This document shows positions 1-11,604 of a stretch of DNA of 64,000 bases, piece after piece. The number at the start of each line of letters is the position of its first letter. Within the stretch, counting starts at the first letter, position 1. The DNA lies in NCBI GenBank assembly GCA_951406725.2, contig OX597816.1, forward strand, positions 71,486,001-71,550,000, written 5' to 3'. The position numbers and the translations under genes were made by a program. The notes below the pieces were generated by a model that did not search any database, was not told the origin of the DNA, and was given only the letters and a program-made list of their open reading frames with translations. This DNA comes from Octopus vulgaris. Its lineage: Eukaryota.

Positions 1-742
1 TAAAGTGATGATGATGATGATGATGATGATGTGATGTGATAGTGGTGATGATGTGGATGATAATGGTGTTTATATTGATGTCAACATGATATCTCATATA
101 AATCTTGTGATAACATTCATATCTCTTCCTTTTCCAAGGCCCTTCATTACTTCACATGCCACAATCTATATCTATTTATTTGTGTGTGTGTGTGTGCGTG
201 CGCGCGTATACATAGACATTAAAGGTGACTAATTACAAGAATGAAGTCCCAGACATCACTCAGAAAATCTGTGCCAAAGTTAGTTCCCTCCTCCTGTATA
301 CTTGAACCGTTTTAAAAGGTTTTATGCCTGTCTAACTCTGAAGACACTGTTTCCACTGTGTATATAAAGCTGGAAAGGGTTTACAAAGCAATACAAATCA
401 AAGGTTATAAGTTAAATAGTAAAAATAGAAACAACACGAAAATATGTTTAAAGATTCCTTTTATATTTGTTACATTGAGTGGCTTTTATAAAATATTACC
501 AGGTTCAATGTACATGTCCATCTTATCAAATATCAAAAATTCAAAGTCAAAATTAGGAAGTAAAAAAGAATTAGGAAATAAGAAATAAATTAGAAATTAA
601 AAACAGTTCGTTATCATATTCTGTGTGCAGTTAAGAATGCATCGAATCTAGTAATATTTTACAAAAGTCATTTAATGGAAAAAATATAAAACAATCTATA
701 AACATACTTTCGTGCTCCTTCCACCTTTACTTTTTAACTATG

Positions 743-966
743 CAGTAATCCCTTGCCATATCGTGGTTCACCGATCACAGTTTATTATTTAAGCTTACAC
801 CGATTCATCTGTGGTGTCGTTTTGCATTTATAATAAAATAAATGTATACAAATTATGAAAATAAGTTTTTAAAAATATACAGTACAGTACTGTTTCTACT
901 TCATGGGTTTTCACCTATCATGGGGTGTTTTGGAGTGTAACACCTATGATACTCAAGGGGTTACTG
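743..966. mobile_element. pogo/Tigger-like MITE
   Basis: TIRs CAGTAATCCCTTG (743-755) and CAAGGGGTTACTG (954-966) match 12/13. TA follows the right end; the left flank reads TG. Confidence 0.7.
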
Positions 967-1010
967 TATATACATACACACACACATATATATATCACAT
1001 ATATATATAT

Positions 1011-1045
<35 letters not shown>

Positions 1046-1090
1046 CACACACTGAGGACAGGTAACCACCCAGAAACTCGAGTCTGTGTG
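1046..1090 (+). ncRNA. minimal hammerhead ribozyme-like motif (Penelope-type) at the start of a ~180-bp module between microsatellites
   Basis: cacaca-CTGAGGA-caggtaaccaccca-GAAA-ctcgag-TC-tgtgtg. Core boxes present, 6-bp stem I (cacaca/tgtgtg), palindromic stem III, GUC triplet. Stem II is imperfect. Confidence 0.65.
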
Positions 1091-1242
1091 TATCACGTAA
1101 AGCTAATCGGTCACAGAATGTGTGTCATTAGACAGCTGGAGGAGATGTCTTCTTGGGGCTATAAACATCAGTAGCACTGTCCTGTATAGGACACCACAAT
1201 TAGTTGGCAAATATATGTTACACCATATATATATATATATAT

Positions 1243-1488
1243 ATCATCATCATCATCATCATCGTTTAATGTCCGTTTTCCGCGCTAGCACGGGTTGGAC
1301 GGTTTCGACCGGGGTCTGGGGAGCTAGGGACTGCCCCAGGCTCCAGTCTAGTCTGGCAGTGTTTCTACAGCTGGATGCCCTTCCTAACGCCAACCACTCC
1401 GCGAGTGTAGTGGGTGTTTTTTACGTGCCACCTGCACAGGTGCCAGAGGGGTCTGGCATCGGCCACGTTCGGATGGTGCTTTTTATGT
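1243..1488 (-). mobile_element. family C retroposon, (GAT)n-tailed, 5'-truncated
   Basis: (CAT)n-CGTTTAATGTCCG...CTGGATGCCCTTCCTAACGCCAACCACTCC, shared with more than 10 copies in the window. Confidence 0.85.
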
Positions 1489-1502
1489 GGGGGGGGGGGG
1501 GG

Positions 1503-2290
1503 TGCAGAAATATATAGGGGAGCACCAGTGGGGAGGGGTGGTTCAGAGAAATGATGACAGGTTCTAGGCAAGTAGAATGTAGGATATCAAGAGAGGGGTA
1601 ATGCATGGTGAAATAGCGTATTGAAGGTGAGGGCGCGTGGCTTAGTGGTTAGGGCATTCGGCTCATGATCGTAAGGTTGTGAGTTCGATTCCCGGCGACG
1701 CGTTGTGTCCTTGAGCAAGACACTTTATTTCACGTTGCTCCAGTCCACTCAGCTGGCAAAAATGAGTTGTACTTGTATTTCAAAGGGTCAGCCTTGTCAC
1801 TCTCTGTGTCACGCTGATTATCCCTGAGAACTACGTTAAGGGTACACGTGTCTGTGGAATGCTCAGCCATTTGCACGTTAATTTCACGAGCAAGCTGTTC
1901 CGTTGATCGTATCAGCTGGGACCCTCGTCGTCGTAACCGGCGGAGTCTTCCATAAGCGTATTGAAGAGGGGGGTTCCAAGAGTAGACACCTATAATGGTG
2001 GTGGGAGAAGCGACATCCGGTATAGATGGAGCAAAAATATAGAGATATCCGTTATTGGGGGTGAGGGTGGGCAAGGGCGGGTGCACCGGGAATATGCGAA
2101 GGTTGAACTGATGGGCTGGCTTAAAAATGCTCTTAGCAATGGAAGGGGGGAAAGGAAGAGGGGGGGATGGCAGACAACGTAAAAGAGGGAGAGAGAGAAG
2201 GGAATAGTGGAACCCCGCGAAAATGGGCCGCCATTGAAAAAAAAACCCCTGTATGGAGAAATAATATGCAATACGAGGCGAAGCTGAAAA
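1503..2290 (-). pseudogene. possible decayed Penelope-like RT C-terminal fragment, interrupted by a SINE
   Basis: Minus-strand peptides such as RGSTIPFS and HYPSLDIL...PLVLPY loosely resemble PLE motifs (SIPFSQ, RGYP, PLVLxYHP). Heavily degraded. Confidence 0.3.
1627..1954 (+). mobile_element. full-length family D tRNA-derived SINE with 12-bp TSD
   Basis: A box TGGCTTAGTGG, B box GAGTTCGATTCC, central GTGTCCTTGAGCAAGACAC. TSD AGCGTATTGAAG at 1615-1626 and 1955-1966. Confidence 0.92.
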
Positions 2291-2298
2291 TAGTAGTA

Positions 2299-2332
<34 letters not shown>

Positions 2333-2365
2333 GCAAACTTTCGACCGAGGATCAAAGGGACAATA

Positions 2366-2402
<37 letters not shown>

Positions 2403-2612
2403 ATCCTTTCTGCTATAGGTACAAGGCCTGAAATTTGGGGGTAGGGGTTAAGTCGTTTACATCGACCCCAGTGTTCAACTGGTACTTAATTTATTGACCC
2501 TGAAAAGATGAAAGCAAAGTCGACCTCAGAATTTGAACTCAGAATGTAGCGATGAGCAAAATACTACTTAGCATTTTGTCCGGCATGCTAATGGTTCTGC
2601 CAGCTCACTGCC

Positions 2613-2614
<2 letters not shown>
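2403..2614 (-). mobile_element. family B tRNA-derived SINE
   Basis: Reverse complement of GGC.GTGAGCTGGCAGAA...TCTGAGTTCAAATTC...GTCGACTTTGC...AAGTACCAG, as in 43053-43283. Confidence 0.85.
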
Positions 2615-2650
<36 letters not shown>

Positions 2651-2654
2651 CATG

Positions 2655-2929
2655 GCCAGTCAGGCGGTACTGGCAACGGCCACACTCAAATGGTAAAAAA
2701 ACACCATTTGAGCATGGCTATTGCCAGTATTGCATGACTGTCCCTCATGCCAGTGGCACATAAAAGCACCCACTACACTCTCGGAGTGGTTGGCATTAGG
2801 AAGGGCATCCAGCTGTAGAAACTCTGCCAGATCAAGATTGGAGCCTGGTGCAGCCATCTGGTTCGCCAGTCCTCAGTCAAATCATCCAACCCATGCAAGC
2901 ATGGAAAGCGGATGTTAAACGATGATGAT
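2655..2929 (+). mobile_element. family C retroposon
   Basis: GGCATTAGGAAGGGCATCCAGCTGTAGAAA...GGATGTTAAACGATGATGAT tail. Confidence 0.85.
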
Positions 2930-3568
2930 ATATTCAGTTGCAGGATTTGTAGAATCTAGGTATTTCGATGTGTAGGATATCAGGAGAAACCAGGAACCAG
3001 TCTTGCAATATTCAGTTGTCATTTGCTGGTTGTGTACTGCAAGTATGTACATACACATGTACACACCTATCCAAATATAAGTACACAGACAAGTGTATAT
3101 TTACATATATAGGTACCCGATTCAATACAAAATGTAGAGCCACCCTAAGGGTGGTTCTAAGAGTTCTTCTTTTATATACAGTCTTTTCTTTTATCCTTTT
3201 ACTTGTTTCAGACATTAGCCTGTGGTTATGCTGGGGCACCACCATCTTGAAGAATTTTTACTCGAACGAATTGACCCCTACATAAAATACATACCATCAC
3301 ATACTAAGAAGTGAAGAAAGAAAGACATATGTATAGTCACAGGCTTGGCTGTGTGGTAAGAAGCTTGCTTCCCAGCCACATGGTTCAGAGTTCAGTTCCA
3401 CTGCATGGCACCTTGGGCAACTGTCTTCTAGCTCCACACATCTTGCAGCTCACCTGCGATGGACCGGCATCCCATCCAGGTGGGGAACCTATACTCCAAG
3501 GAAACCGGGGAAACTGGTCCTTATGAGTCAGGCATGGCTCGAGAAGGAACAAACATCTATATACATAC

Positions 3569-3603
<35 letters not shown>

Positions 3604-4035
3604 TAGTCCATAAGCTTTAACAACAAAATCTTATGTGGAATTCCCCCCACAAGAATCATATGGACTCATAGTTAAAAAGTAAAGTGGAAGCAGCACAAAA
3701 GTATGTTTATAGATTGTTTTATATTTTTTCCATTAAATGACTTTTATAAAAGCTTTGCAAGTGGATTTGGTAGATGGAAACTGAAAGAAGCCCATCATAT
3801 ATTTATGTATCTATGTGTGTGTGTGTCATTGTGTCTGTATTTGTCTCTTACCATCGCTTGACAACCAGTGTTGGTGTGTTTGCATCCCCATAACTTAGCA
3901 GTTTGGCAAAAAAAAACTGATAGAATAAGAACAAGGCTTAAAAAATAAGTACTGGAGTTGATTCATTTGACTAAAAATCTAAGGTGGTGCCCCAAAATGG
4001 CCACAGTCTAATGATTGAAACAAGTAAACGATAAA

Positions 4036-4076
<41 letters not shown>

Positions 4077-4077
<1 letters not shown>

Positions 4078-4396
4078 TATTTTATAATTACGAGTATAAT
4101 TATAATTAGGCTTCAGCAAAGATTTGCTTTACCACATACCGAAGTTTAGAAATAGCAGCCAAAGAACCTTTGTTATTTCTTTTGTTTTGTCCGGGAGTCT
4201 CTTCTTATAGTAGAAGAAATAGCTAAGGTTCTTTGGCTGCTATTTCTAAACTTCGGTATGTGGTAAAGCAAATCTTTGCCGAACCCTAATTATAATTATA
4301 CTCGCAATTATAAAATATTGTTTTTCATGCCGAATTCTACTTGGTGGAATTATTAATTACTAGTTAATTAATTAATTTTACCCTTTATTATAATTG

Positions 4397-4398
<2 letters not shown>
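4077..4398. mobile_element. (TA)n-flanked fold-back element, hairpin 1
   Basis: Inverted arms 4078-4181 and 4214-4317 (~104 bp, few mismatches), then an ~80-bp unique end. (TA)n on both sides. Confidence 0.85.
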
Positions 4399-4430
<32 letters not shown>

Positions 4431-4436
<6 letters not shown>

Positions 4437-4779
4437 TCAATATAGGGTGGCAAAAAAAAAATTTTGTAGAATTCTTTTGCCACCAGCGGCCTAGTGGGAA
4501 AAAATTAAATAGTCATAGACCATTTTTAAGTTCAACATCAACAATCAAGGAACGGCCATAATAGGCCATTCACCCACTAGAAATAACAGCCAAAGCTTCA
4601 ACCGCAAATAAAAATTAATTCCGTAAACCAGGAGAAAATTTAAAAAATTTAAAAAATTTACAGGGTAAATGTTTTTTGAAATTTTCTCCTGGTTTACGGA
4701 ATTAATTTTTATTTGCGGTTGAAGCTTTGGCTGTTATTTCTAGTGGGTGAATGGCCTATTATGGCCGTTCCTTGATTGT

Positions 4780-4783
<4 letters not shown>
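4431..4783. mobile_element. (TA)n-flanked fold-back element, hairpin 2
   Basis: Perfect 105-bp inverted arms 4537-4641 and 4679-4783, preceded by a ~105-bp unique end. (TA)n on both sides. Confidence 0.9.
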
Positions 4784-4815
<32 letters not shown>

Positions 4816-4824
4816 GTGTGTAGA

Positions 4825-4855
<31 letters not shown>

Positions 4856-4939
4856 GTATATAGATACACATGTAGATAGAAAGGTAGACAGACAAACAAA
4901 CAAAGAGTTACTTGGTAATATAGACTAAATCAAAGACTT

Positions 4940-5150
4940 TCAATTGGAATCTCCCAGTCACATTCATCTACTTGGAGTCTTTAATCAATGAAAATATAAT
5001 ATGCAGCATAGAGACAAAGAGACAAACTGAAATAGCAACAGCACGACTGAGAAAGATGAATAAGATTTGGAACAGCGATAACATTACAAAGAGTAACAAG
5101 TCTAGGCTAATACAATCTTTGGTAACTAATTGTATTGTAAGGACGTCTTA
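4940..5150 (+). pseudogene. decayed RTE-like LINE RT C-terminal fragment
   Basis: FIYLG followed by ETKR...ARLRKMNKIWNSDNIT...RLIQSLV (frameshifted), matching the RTE FxYLGS...KIW...KxRL pattern. Confidence 0.55.
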
Positions 5151-5301
5151 AGATTGGATTAGTGGTTCTCAACCAAATCATTCTATATGGATTCTCAAAA
5201 GCCCATATGATTCTTGGGGGAAGGGGGTGGATCCACATAAGATTTTGTTGTAAAAGCTTATGGACTATCTGTCTGTCTGTCTATCTATCTGTATATATAT
5301 A

Positions 5302-5535
5302 TGTTTCTTTATTACCCACAAGGGGCTAAATATAGAGGGGACAAACAAGGACAGACAAATGAATTAAGTCGATTACATTGACCCCAGTGTGTAACTGGTA
5401 CTAAATTTAATTGACCCCGAAAGGATGAAAGGCAAAGTCGACCTCGGCGGAATTTGAACTCAGAACATAACGCCAGACGAAATATGGCTATGCATTTCGC
5501 CCGACGTGCTAACGTTTCTGCCAGCTTGCTGCCTT
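5302..5535 (-). mobile_element. family B SINE, full length
   Basis: TTTCTTTATTACCCACAAGGGGCTAAA...GCTAACGTTTCTGCCAGCTTGCTGCC. Confidence 0.9.
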
Positions 5536-5700
5536 ACATACATACATAACAAATGATTGTGATATCTTGAACAATAAAAATCTGCGAGACTTTAAAATTT
5601 AAAGGAGGATGAATGAAACAAGATACTTTCATTCACAGTCTTGCTAATAAGCAAGTGGCTGTTCAAAAATTAGCTCTAAATTAAAAATAGAAAAAGAAAA

Positions 5701-6092
5701 CATGGTAAGTAGCTTGCTTACCAACCACATGGTTCTGGGTTCAGTCCCACTGTGTGGCACCTTGGGCAAGTGTCTGCTACTATAGCCTTGGGGTGACCAA
5801 AGCCTTGTGAGTGGATTTGGTAGACGGAAACTGAAAGAAGCCCATTGTATATATGTATATATATGTATGTGTGTGTATATGTTTGTGTGTCTGTGTTTGT
5901 CTCCCAACATCACTTGACAACCGATGCTGGTGTGTTTATTTCCCCGTAACTTAGCGGTTCAGCAAAAGAGACCGATAAAATAAGTACTAGGCTTACAAAG
6001 AATAAGTCCTGGGGTCGATGTCTTCGACTAAAAGGCGGTGTTCCAGCATGGCCACAGTCAAATGACTGAAACAAGTAAAAGAGTAAAAGAGT
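5701..6092 (+). mobile_element. family A tRNA-derived SINE with internal (TA/TG)n
   Basis: Head GGTAAGTAGCTTGCTTACCAACCACATGGTT, then GTGAGTGGATTTGGTAGACGGAAACTGAAAGAAGCCC, internal microsatellite and tail AATGACTGAAACAAGTAAAAGAG. Confidence 0.9.
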
Positions 6093-6474
6093 ATAAATGC
6101 ATACATACATCCATACATAAACACACATACACAACTGTCTTGTTGATGTTGTTGAAATTCCAACGAAGAGGTATTGGAGCTAGACTGGAAACTGGCCCTT
6201 TTCCCCATTGGAAAGGAATCTAGAAATAAACTTAATAATAGCATGCATGTCTACATACATACATACATACATACATACAGACAGACAGACAGACAGACAC
6301 ATTATATGCATGCATTCATAAATAAATATTCAGTTGGAAAACAAATGAGAAAAAAAGTATTCAATACATGTAATAGAGTATATTCATTCATATGACTTAA
6401 ATTATTGTGTGTGTGTGTGTGTGTGTACGGAGAGAGAGACTAATAATGATGTTAATAAAAATAAGAATAATATG

Positions 6475-6518
<44 letters not shown>

Positions 6519-8612
6519 CGTGCACGTCTATGTATGTAATACAGAAAAAACAAAAATTTACAAAGGCAAAAAAGAATATTGCATTCATTGAATGAGATGT
6601 CTGGCCAAGAAATAATGGTAATGCTGATGATAAGTAAACCATTTATGTAGAAAATGTTTATAGAAAGCAGATGGTGAAACGATAGATGGGTGGGTGGGTG
6701 GGTCGATGGGTACTTGGAAGTAGAGGTGTGTGTGTCTACGTGCATGTATATGTGTGTGTGTGTGCGTGTGCTTGAATGTACGTGTGTGTGTGTGTGTGTG
6801 TGTGTGTGCATGAATGTATGTATAGATGTATGAGTGGGGAGAGAGGGTGGTGGTGGTGGTGGTGGTGATGGTGCAAGGAGGGGATGTCAGCAGAGAAGAA
6901 CAGCTGTCAAGAGTCCTGCATCTGTGTCAGGAGTCAAGTAAGAACTGTTTGATGTTGCTTTTACAGTTTTATTAAGGATCTTTTTTTAAATGCTGAACGA
7001 AAATGGCCTTTCCTCCTCCTCCTACCCATCCCCCTTCTTGTTTTATCGTTTTCGTTTTTTTTTGTGTTTTTTCCCCCCCTATATGTTTTCCTCCCCCCCC
7101 CACACACTATCTGTCTATCTTTGTTATTTTGCTTTCTTTCCTTTCTGCCCTCATGTGTCTCTCTTTCTTTTTTGCCCCTCTACTTGGCTTTCTATTTTTC
7201 TCTACCTTTATTCATCTTATGTCCTCATATTTGTCAGCCACTTTATCTTATAGTCTATCACTATCCATCCATCTATCTATCTATCTATCTATCTGTCTGT
7301 CTGTCTCTCTATCTGTGTCTCTATCTATCTGTGTCTATCTATCTATCTGTCTATCTATCTCTCTCTCTCTCTATCTATCTCTCTATCTGTCTGTCTCTAT
7401 CTCTCTCTACTTATTTGTCTATCGGCATCTTTCTCTCTTCCCCACACATTTACTTATTTATTTTATTTTATTTTATTTATTTATTGTCTGTTCCCATGAA
7501 TGGAAAAGTTCAGCTGAGTTGAAAATAGAACAGAATCTCAGAATCTCTGGCACTGAGACACATATCTGCTTCTTAAGAACGGCCGTTATCCTATAATGGT
7601 GCCACATAAAAAGAACAAAAATACAACGAAAATAAAACAAAAACCATGGTAATTCCTCTTTAGGGAGAAATGGATTTATATTCTACAAGAATTGCAAAAA
7701 TAAAACATCAATATTCAAACAGATTCTTCAAATTAAGATTTTTTTTTATACTTTTTTTTGTTTTCCTGATATTTTGTTCTGACATGTTTTCTTCCAAACT
7801 GAAAGCTTTTGCATTGATTGCTTTAGCTTTTATGAAGAATTTTTGAAGGATGGGGGGGGAGTTGGTAGCATCAGTAGAGCACCGAACTAGATGTCTTAAG
7901 AATCAACAAGCAAACCTGTTTGTGGTCCTTTGACCTACTATATGCTAAAGATAGCAGCCAAAATCTTGTTCATATCAGTCCCAGCTTTTTACATTATGCT
8001 TTCAAATCTCCCCAAGGTCAAATTTGCTTTCATTTTTTTCAGTGTCCTTGAAATAAAATAACGTACCAGTCAAGTTCTAGGGTCAATGGAATCGCCTGAC
8101 AACTTCCCTCAAAAATTGCTAGCCTTGTCCATAAATAAGGGACCATTATTATACATTAGTGCATCTAGGACTACCTTATCTTAAGTGTCCTTTCAGTTTT
8201 AAGGTTGCAGTCATCTCTAAAATATCCCCAAGGAAGGATACTTTAGATAGGGTAGTCCTACATTCGCTAATATGTAATGATGCTTTATAATTCTGACACA
8301 GGCTGCCAGTTTTGAGGGAAAGTGTAACTTGATACCATCAACTCTAGTACTTGACTGGCATTTTATTTTATGGACCCTGAAAGCAAAAAAACCAAAGCTA
8401 ACCTCTGTGGGATTTGAACTCAGAACGTAGAGAACTGGAACAAATTTGTTGAGGGAAGGGGTAGTCAGTAACATTTGTAGAGCACAGACTAAGTGTCTTA
8501 AGAATCAACAAGCAAGCCTGAATGTAGTTATTCAACCTACTAGATTTCTTTAAAATAGTAACCAAAATTTCACACCACTCATTACAGTCTTAAAAAGAAA
8601 CATACTCTAGAT

Positions 8613-8845
8613 CAGGGGTTCTCAACCACTTTTTTTTTTAATCAATGGACCCCTTTGATTAGTATTTTATTCTGGTGGACCCTATAGCTATTCAATGTTT
8701 AAAAATTAGTTTTATAGAAACTTCTTTCAAAATTCCTATTTTGTTTTTCACACATTCACTTGTGTGGGTTGAACTATGTCAAATGTTAAAAAAGAGACCT
8801 AGCTGTTCCTTGCAATAAATACCACAACCTAAAGTAAAAACTTTT
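8613..8845 (+). mobile_element. hAT-like MITE fragment
   Basis: Begins CAGGGGTTCTCAACC after TCTAGAT, with GGACCCC subterminal motifs. Similar termini near 5161, 14727, 20862 and 54122. Second TIR not found. Confidence 0.5.
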
Positions 8846-8854
8846 CAGGGGCCC

Positions 8855-9135
8855 TTGGGCCTCACAGAGGCAATGACTGAGACCTTTGGCATTATATCGT
8901 GCTTGAGAAGAAGACCCATGAAACCAAGCAAAATCGCAGTCGTGGCAGATACTGGTGTCACACAAATGGCACCCATGCCGGTGGCATGTAAAAGCACCCA
9001 CTACACTGTTGGAGGGGTTGGCGTTAGGAAGGGCATCCAGCTTTAGAAAACTATGCCAAATCAGACTGGAGTTTGGTGCAGCCTTCCAGCTTATCAGCCC
9101 TGTCAATCCATCCAAACCATGCCAGCATGGACAAT
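8855..9135 (+). mobile_element. family C retroposon
   Basis: AAAAGCACCCACTACAC...GGCGTTAGGAAGGGCATCCAGC...CCATGCCAGCATGGA. Confidence 0.8.
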
Positions 9136-9601
9136 AGAATAATTACTAGGCTTACAATGAATAAGTCCTGGGTCAATTTGCTCCACTTAAGGTGGCCGCA
9201 GTCAAATGACTGAAACAAGTACAAGAGTACCCTTGTTGAGAACTACTGAATTAGCCCAACCCACGATTGCAAGAGAAAACCTTCACCAAGGTGTCAGGTG
9301 ATGGATTAAGTCTGCCACCTATGTAGGAAGCTATGACAGGATTTGAAATCTGAATGCAAACACTGCAAGGCACCTGGTCTGACATTTTTACAATCCTACC
9401 AACACACCACCCTGGACTGATCCTCCTTTTATAGACCCCCAAATACTCAAAGGCAAAGTTGACCCTGGCAGGATTTACTCATAGGTTCGTTTCTCAGGGC
9501 AGATTTGGGCCTAAAAATTAAAAAAAAAAATACATAACAAAGCTGACGGCAATAACAACAACAAAAACAACACTACCAGCAAGCTCCATATGTGTTTTTA
9601 A

Positions 9602-9817
9602 CCCTTTCACATTTAGATTATTCTACCAAATGCAAAGCTAATTTATTCACAATTTTAAATTAACCATGCTTTATCTTGTAGCTTCAAGGTTTTAATGATG
9701 TGAATGATATTACTATGAGACCGACATTATAGGGTGGGTGTAAGAGGCTGGATTTGGTCAGTTTGAACATAAAACAGATAGAATATTTAAACTGGACATG
9801 GTTTAAAGGCTAAAGGG
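9602..9817. mobile_element. piggyBac-like MITE
   Basis: TTAA-CCCTTT...AAAGGG-TTAA. A related copy in opposite orientation lies at 18319-18504. Confidence 0.7.
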
Positions 9818-10200
9818 TTAAATCAATCTGATCAATAATTTAAGTCGTTTATATCTTATGATATGATTGATTACCAAAATGTCTTCAGGCATCATACTAA
9901 GACAGCTCCTCCCTCTCCTCATTAGTGGGTTGGCTCGGTTGAATGTAGTTTCACTTTCTTCGAAATGTTAATTATATTAATGGTGGAGGTGATGATGGCG
10001 ATAATGATGATGTTGGTGATAACGAGGAAGATAATAAAAGTGACAACGAAGATCATACTGATGATAATGAGAATAATATTAGTGCTAATGATGTTGATGG
10101 ATGATAATAAGAATAACAATGATGATGATAAGGAACACTGAAGCACACAGCATCTTTCAATTGTTTAAAGGTGGAAAATGAAGAGTAACATTGACTGCAC

Positions 10201-10231
<31 letters not shown>

Positions 10232-10344
10232 TGACCCTCCCTGCCATCACTTGACAACAAGCATTAGTGCATTTATGTTTCGATACTAATTTAATGGTTC
10301 AGCAAACGAGACCAATAGGATAAGTACTAGGCTTTAAAAAGAGT

Positions 10345-10853
10345 CATCATCATCATCATCATCGTTTAACATCCGCTTTCCATGTTAGCATGGGTTGGAC
10401 GATTTTGACTGAGGGCTGGCGAACCAGATGGCTGCACCAGGCTCCAATTTTGATTTGGTGGAGTTTCTACAGCTGGATGCCCTTCCTAACGCTAACCCCT
10501 CCGAGAGTGTAGTGGGTGCTTTTTACGTGCCACCAGCACGGGGGCCAGTTGGACGGTACTGGCAATGACCTCGCTCGAATCTTTTTACACATGCCACCAG
10601 CACAGGTGCCAGTAAGGCGACGTTGGTAACGATCACGCTCGGATGGTGCTCTTGGCACCCTACTAGCATGGGCACAATTGCCAGTAAGGCGATGCTAGTA
10701 TCGATCACACTTGAATGGTGCCTTTTATATGCCACTGGCACGGAAGCCGGTTAGCCACTCTGTCAACAATCATGCTTGCATGGTGCTCTTTGCACCCCGC
10801 TAGTATAGATGCCAGTCATCAAATGTGATTTTGATTTTGATTTCACTTGCCTC
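10345..10853 (-). mobile_element. family C retroposon with multiple internal repeats, nested in a family A tail
   Basis: (CAT)n start and repeated GGTGCT(T/C)TT units. Imperfect TSD-like AGGCTT..AAAAA.AGT on both sides. Confidence 0.85.
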
Positions 10854-10854
10854 C

Positions 10855-11020
10855 AGGCTTAAAAAAGTACAAAGCTTAAAAAAAATGTACTGGGCTTTAA
10901 AAATGGTATAAAAAAGTACTGGGATTAAAAGAAGTACCAGATTTTTAAAAGTACCAGGTTTTTAAAAAAAATACTGGGCTTAAAAAAGAAGTACCAAGAT
11001 TTAAAAAAAAGTACTGGGCT
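10855..11020. repeat. tandem amplification of AAAAAAGTACTGGGCTT-like 17-22 bp units in a family A tail
   Basis: About 8 degenerate AAGTAC-containing units. Confidence 0.75.
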
Positions 11021-11097
11021 TGATTTGTTCACCTAAAATTCTTCATGGCAATGCCCCAGTACGGCCACAATCTAATGACTGAAACAAGTAAAAGGTT

Positions 11098-11604
11098 CAT
11101 TATTTACTTTATTTACAGTTGACGGATATTTGTCCTCATCTTGTTTGTTGCTAATACAATATTTCGGCTGACATACTCTCCAGCCTTCTTCAGGTGTCTT
11201 GGGGAAATTTCGAACCTGGGTTCTCATTCCTAAAGTATTTTTCAATGTTATTATTATTATCGAACTTGGAATCTTGGGGTTAGTAGCCCGCACTCTTAAC
11301 CGCCATGCCATATGCCTGTGGGTGTAGTGGTTGAGAGAGTGGGCTACTAACCCCAAGATTCCAAGTTCAATTTCAAGCAATGACCTCAACAACGACGACG
11401 ACGCTGCCGCCGCCGCCACCACCTCAACCATCAAAAAATACCTTAGGGATGAGAACCCAGGTTTGAAATTTCCCCAAGACACCTGATGAAGGCTGGAGGG
11501 TGTATCAGCCAAAAACAATGTGTTAACAACAAACAAGATGAGGACAAATATCCATCTAATGTAAATAATGTACCTAATTCCTCATCTCTTAAATATAGAA
11601 CTGT
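11098..11604. mobile_element. palindromic insertion of a tRNA-headed, hammerhead-bearing short element with 12-bp TSD
   Basis: Head-to-head arms centred near 11311. TSD AAGTAAAAGGTT at 11086-11097 and 11605-11616. Each arm has a tRNA-like head, a trinucleotide tract and CTGA(T/A)GA-a-ggctg..cagcc-(G/A)AAA. Confidence 0.85.

Noticed and set aside
358-588. 76-aa K/I-rich ORF
   Set aside because: GTG start, AT-rich compositional ORF with no recognisable motif.
1627-1700. tRNA gene-like sequence (also at 12604, 33647 and 11320)
   Set aside because: A/B boxes run directly into SINE bodies with TSDs and lack a proper acceptor stem, so these are SINE heads rather than tRNA genes.
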